Shown here piece by piece: positions 61,244 to 64,000 of a stretch of 64,000 nt of DNA. The translations under genes and the position numbers were made by a program. The stretch is from Octopus bimaculoides (Eukaryota). The DNA lies in assembly GCF_001194135.2 (NCBI RefSeq), contig NC_068982.1, positions 9,403,778 through 9,467,777 on the forward strand, written 5' to 3'. Each line of letters opens with the position of its first letter. Within the stretch, counting starts at the first letter, position 1. The notes below the pieces were generated by a model that searched no databases, was not told the origin of the DNA, and worked only from the letters and a program-made list of their open reading frames with translations.

Positions 61244-62557
61244 CATCATGTCAGCTGTGCATGCATGTCAAGAAACAGAAATGTAAGAGTGAAATATCCA
61301 ATGTGAGGTGTTTTTTGTATAAAATATTGTACCCATGATCCTGAGCAAGCTTTGAGGGAACGGTGAGTTCAGTGCAGCTGATGCTTCGTTTAAACAACAA
61401 GTCAATTCTTGTTAGGAAGGGAAGGAAACTACAGAAAACTATCGTTTTAGGGAAGGAATGATAAGTGATTATATAGCAATATGCGTCGACCTGAGTCAGA
61501 ACCAGTCATATTAGTGACCAGATGGGCAGAGAAGAGAAACATCCCGTCTGTTTTCCAGGAAAAGATGTCATGGTGAGTGACTCCATACGAATTTATTAGA
61601 TGTAATGTTGACTATCAGCATGTTGACATCATTATTGCCATATTCTGCTGTGGGCTTTATTTACAGAAGCTGAGCGACTGTTAGAAACTGAAATATTATC
61701 TTGTTCTACAGGAAACTAGACTTTTGAAACTGTGATCAAGAACAATATTAGTCATATTTCTGAATCTCTTAATAGGTAAGTTAGCAATTTAAAAAAAGAA
61801 AACACTTACAGTATTTAAATAATCATATTTAAAAAGCAATGTATGCATCGTAATAATTTGTACAACGAAAGTTTGAAAAGTGAAACATTCAGATAGCGAT
61901 TTCAGAGCAGGATTGAGAAAAAGAAGGAAAGGTGAGTATCCTCCATATTTCTGTTTTCCTTTATTGACAGACAAAGAATAAGGAGTACAGATATAATTCT
62001 TTCAGGAGATCAATACTCTGAAATGACAGTAGTCTCCCTTTTACATTAGAAGAAGAATTTTATTTATGAAAGGAAATTGATAAAATAAGAAAGATCTAAC
62101 GTAATATCTATTTTCAAGCTAATTCGACATAAATTTTCAATACACATCAAAACCACATATCATTTACGTTTACTTACTCCTCGTTAATTAATTGGTGTCT
62201 ACAGTCATTTGAGATTTTAATGGTAAAATAAAGAGATGAGATTACCTACAGCGAAGTCAGTCAGATGAAACCTGTTAAGAATTATATCTCTCAGAACATT
62301 GAGTAATTTTCAGTGTAACCTACATTTTCGCACATGAAGAAAATTAGATTTTCTTGAGGCATTTTTACAAAATATAACCCAATGAAATATGACGCTGCTA
62401 CTTTCAAACTCTGAGAAGTATCTTTCAAATCTGCTGAGCTAAAATTGAATATTTGATGAATTTATATAATTAAACAATTAGATTACATTTTTTCAAACTT
62501 TGATGTATTCTCAAAATAGCGGCTCAGGTGTTTGGATGTAATATATAAAATGTCAGT

Positions 62558-62760
62558 GAAGGCGCGAGCTAACTGGATAGTTAGCACACTAGGAAAAATT
62601 CTTAGCGGAATTTCACCTGTTTTTACGGTCTCGATTCGAATTCTGCGAAGCCAACTTTGCCTTTATCCTTTCGGGGTCAATAAAATTAGTACCAGATTAT
62701 CCCTGGAGTCGATGCAATCGACTTACCCCCTCCCCACAAATTACTGGCTTCGCGCTAAAG
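62558..62760 (+). mobile_element. Diverged SINE family A-related copy
   Basis: AAGGCGCGAGCT...GTTAGCAC...CTTAGCGGAATTTC...CTTTGCCTTT.ATCCTTTCGGGGTCAATAAAATTAGTACCAG. Confidence 0.7.
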
Positions 62761-63381
62761 GTTATACATATGTATGATGTATGTATGTGATTCATAAAAG
62801 TTACGTGGTGGTAATATTTTTAAAACAAAATAGATCAATATTTAATTTCATATATATTTATGTGTATATGAAGCTGATAATATATATAATTTACGATGAA
62901 AATTATTTTCAATATGATTAAAATACTGACGACTTCAAAGCAAAACATCTTATTACAGTTCGCTTGCATTTAACATCTCTGACTGCCACTAATCCCACTC
63001 CGTTTGTTGTTTCAATTTCCCTGGACCAGCGTGACCTATGTGTAACATTGCATTTTATTATATGTAAGATAAGGTTAGTTCAGCATTAAGACAGCACTTT
63101 CGAATAAAATTATGACATAAATTGAAACTAGTTATGGAAAACAATCGTTCTGGAAGAACGGACTGTTATATTGCACTAGGTGACAACTAAGCAGAGACGC
63201 TGTTATGGCAAGAAAGTAGAAACACTGGTTGATAATCTAGAAAACTTGAAATTGTTTCATTATACACTATCAGACAAGTACAGAAAAGAAATACAATGAC
63301 TCCAGCTCATCCCGAAAGATTTAGAAAGGAAATCTTATAAAGTGAAACAAATTCAGCAGCTTCAAACGCCAAAGTATTATT

Positions 63382-63384
<3 letters not shown>

Positions 63385-63451
<67 letters not shown>

Positions 63452-63466
63452 TATATATATATATGT
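63385..63466. repeat. (CA)n-(TA)n microsatellite
   Basis: Direct reading. Confidence 0.95.
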
Positions 63467-64000
63467 ATAGAAGACCCATAAGGTATTACATTGATAAAGT
63501 TACTGGAAAACTAATGAGAATCAAGTGAGTGCCGAAAGAGAAATGATTCTGCAAGTCTGATCTTAAAGCTGTTAAATATATGCGCCATGTTTAGCAATAC
63601 ATAAAAGATGACAGTGATGTAGAATTTATTCATGTAGCAGAGTATCTTAGCAACAAAGAACGCAAAACTGATTTAAAGTTTTTATTGAATTTCCCGTTTG
63701 TTGTTCTTTCAGCTTTTTGGGGGAAGAATAATGATGAAAAGAAGAAACTGTAAAATAAAAGGATGGTGAAGATAAAATAGTTGCTTTTCAGGAGAATATT
63801 AGTATTAAAAATTAAAAATCATCGTTTCTGCTTTTACAAAATGCCTTTCTCTTATGAATGCATCAGAAGCAAGTTCTCTCTGTGCAATATATATGATTTC
63901 AAAACGAAAAAAATGCCTGCGTCTCAATAAATACGTTTTTTTCATCTCTCCTTTAAATATTTAATTTGCACATAACCCTGCTTTCATATACTTTTCTATA

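Overview
AT-rich eukaryotic DNA with many microsatellites and N-gaps. The repeat repertoire looks like a coleoid cephalopod, probably Octopus (inference from recalled repeat families, not a search). I find no intact protein-coding gene, rRNA, tRNA gene or CRISPR array, and most entries in the ORF track are microsatellite or N artefacts. The window is a layered set of mobile elements: (i) three tRNA-derived SINE families (called A, B, C here); (ii) decayed LINEs of the R4/Dong, RTE and CR1/L2 groups; (iii) a decayed Helitron RepHel gene (~11.2-13.35 kb); (iv) several MITEs, including three copies of a ~600-bp element with GGATC termini, ~8-bp TSDs and a central (CCCTAA)n-(TTAGGG)n telomeric palindrome; (v) Penelope-type minimal hammerhead motifs. 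The most interesting candidate system is a TSD-bounded ~1.7-kb retroposon (39346-41688) that encodes only an L1/Tx1-like ORF1 with a CCHC knuckle. Its 3' tail is shared with SINE family A and with an orphan tail nearby, suggesting a LINE / half-LINE / SINE set mobilised by one Tx1-like machinery. A second candidate is a (TAA)n landing pad at 58.1-60.0 kb holding two Dong/R4 fragments and a non-tRNA short element. All alignments and translations were done by eye; no database search was run.
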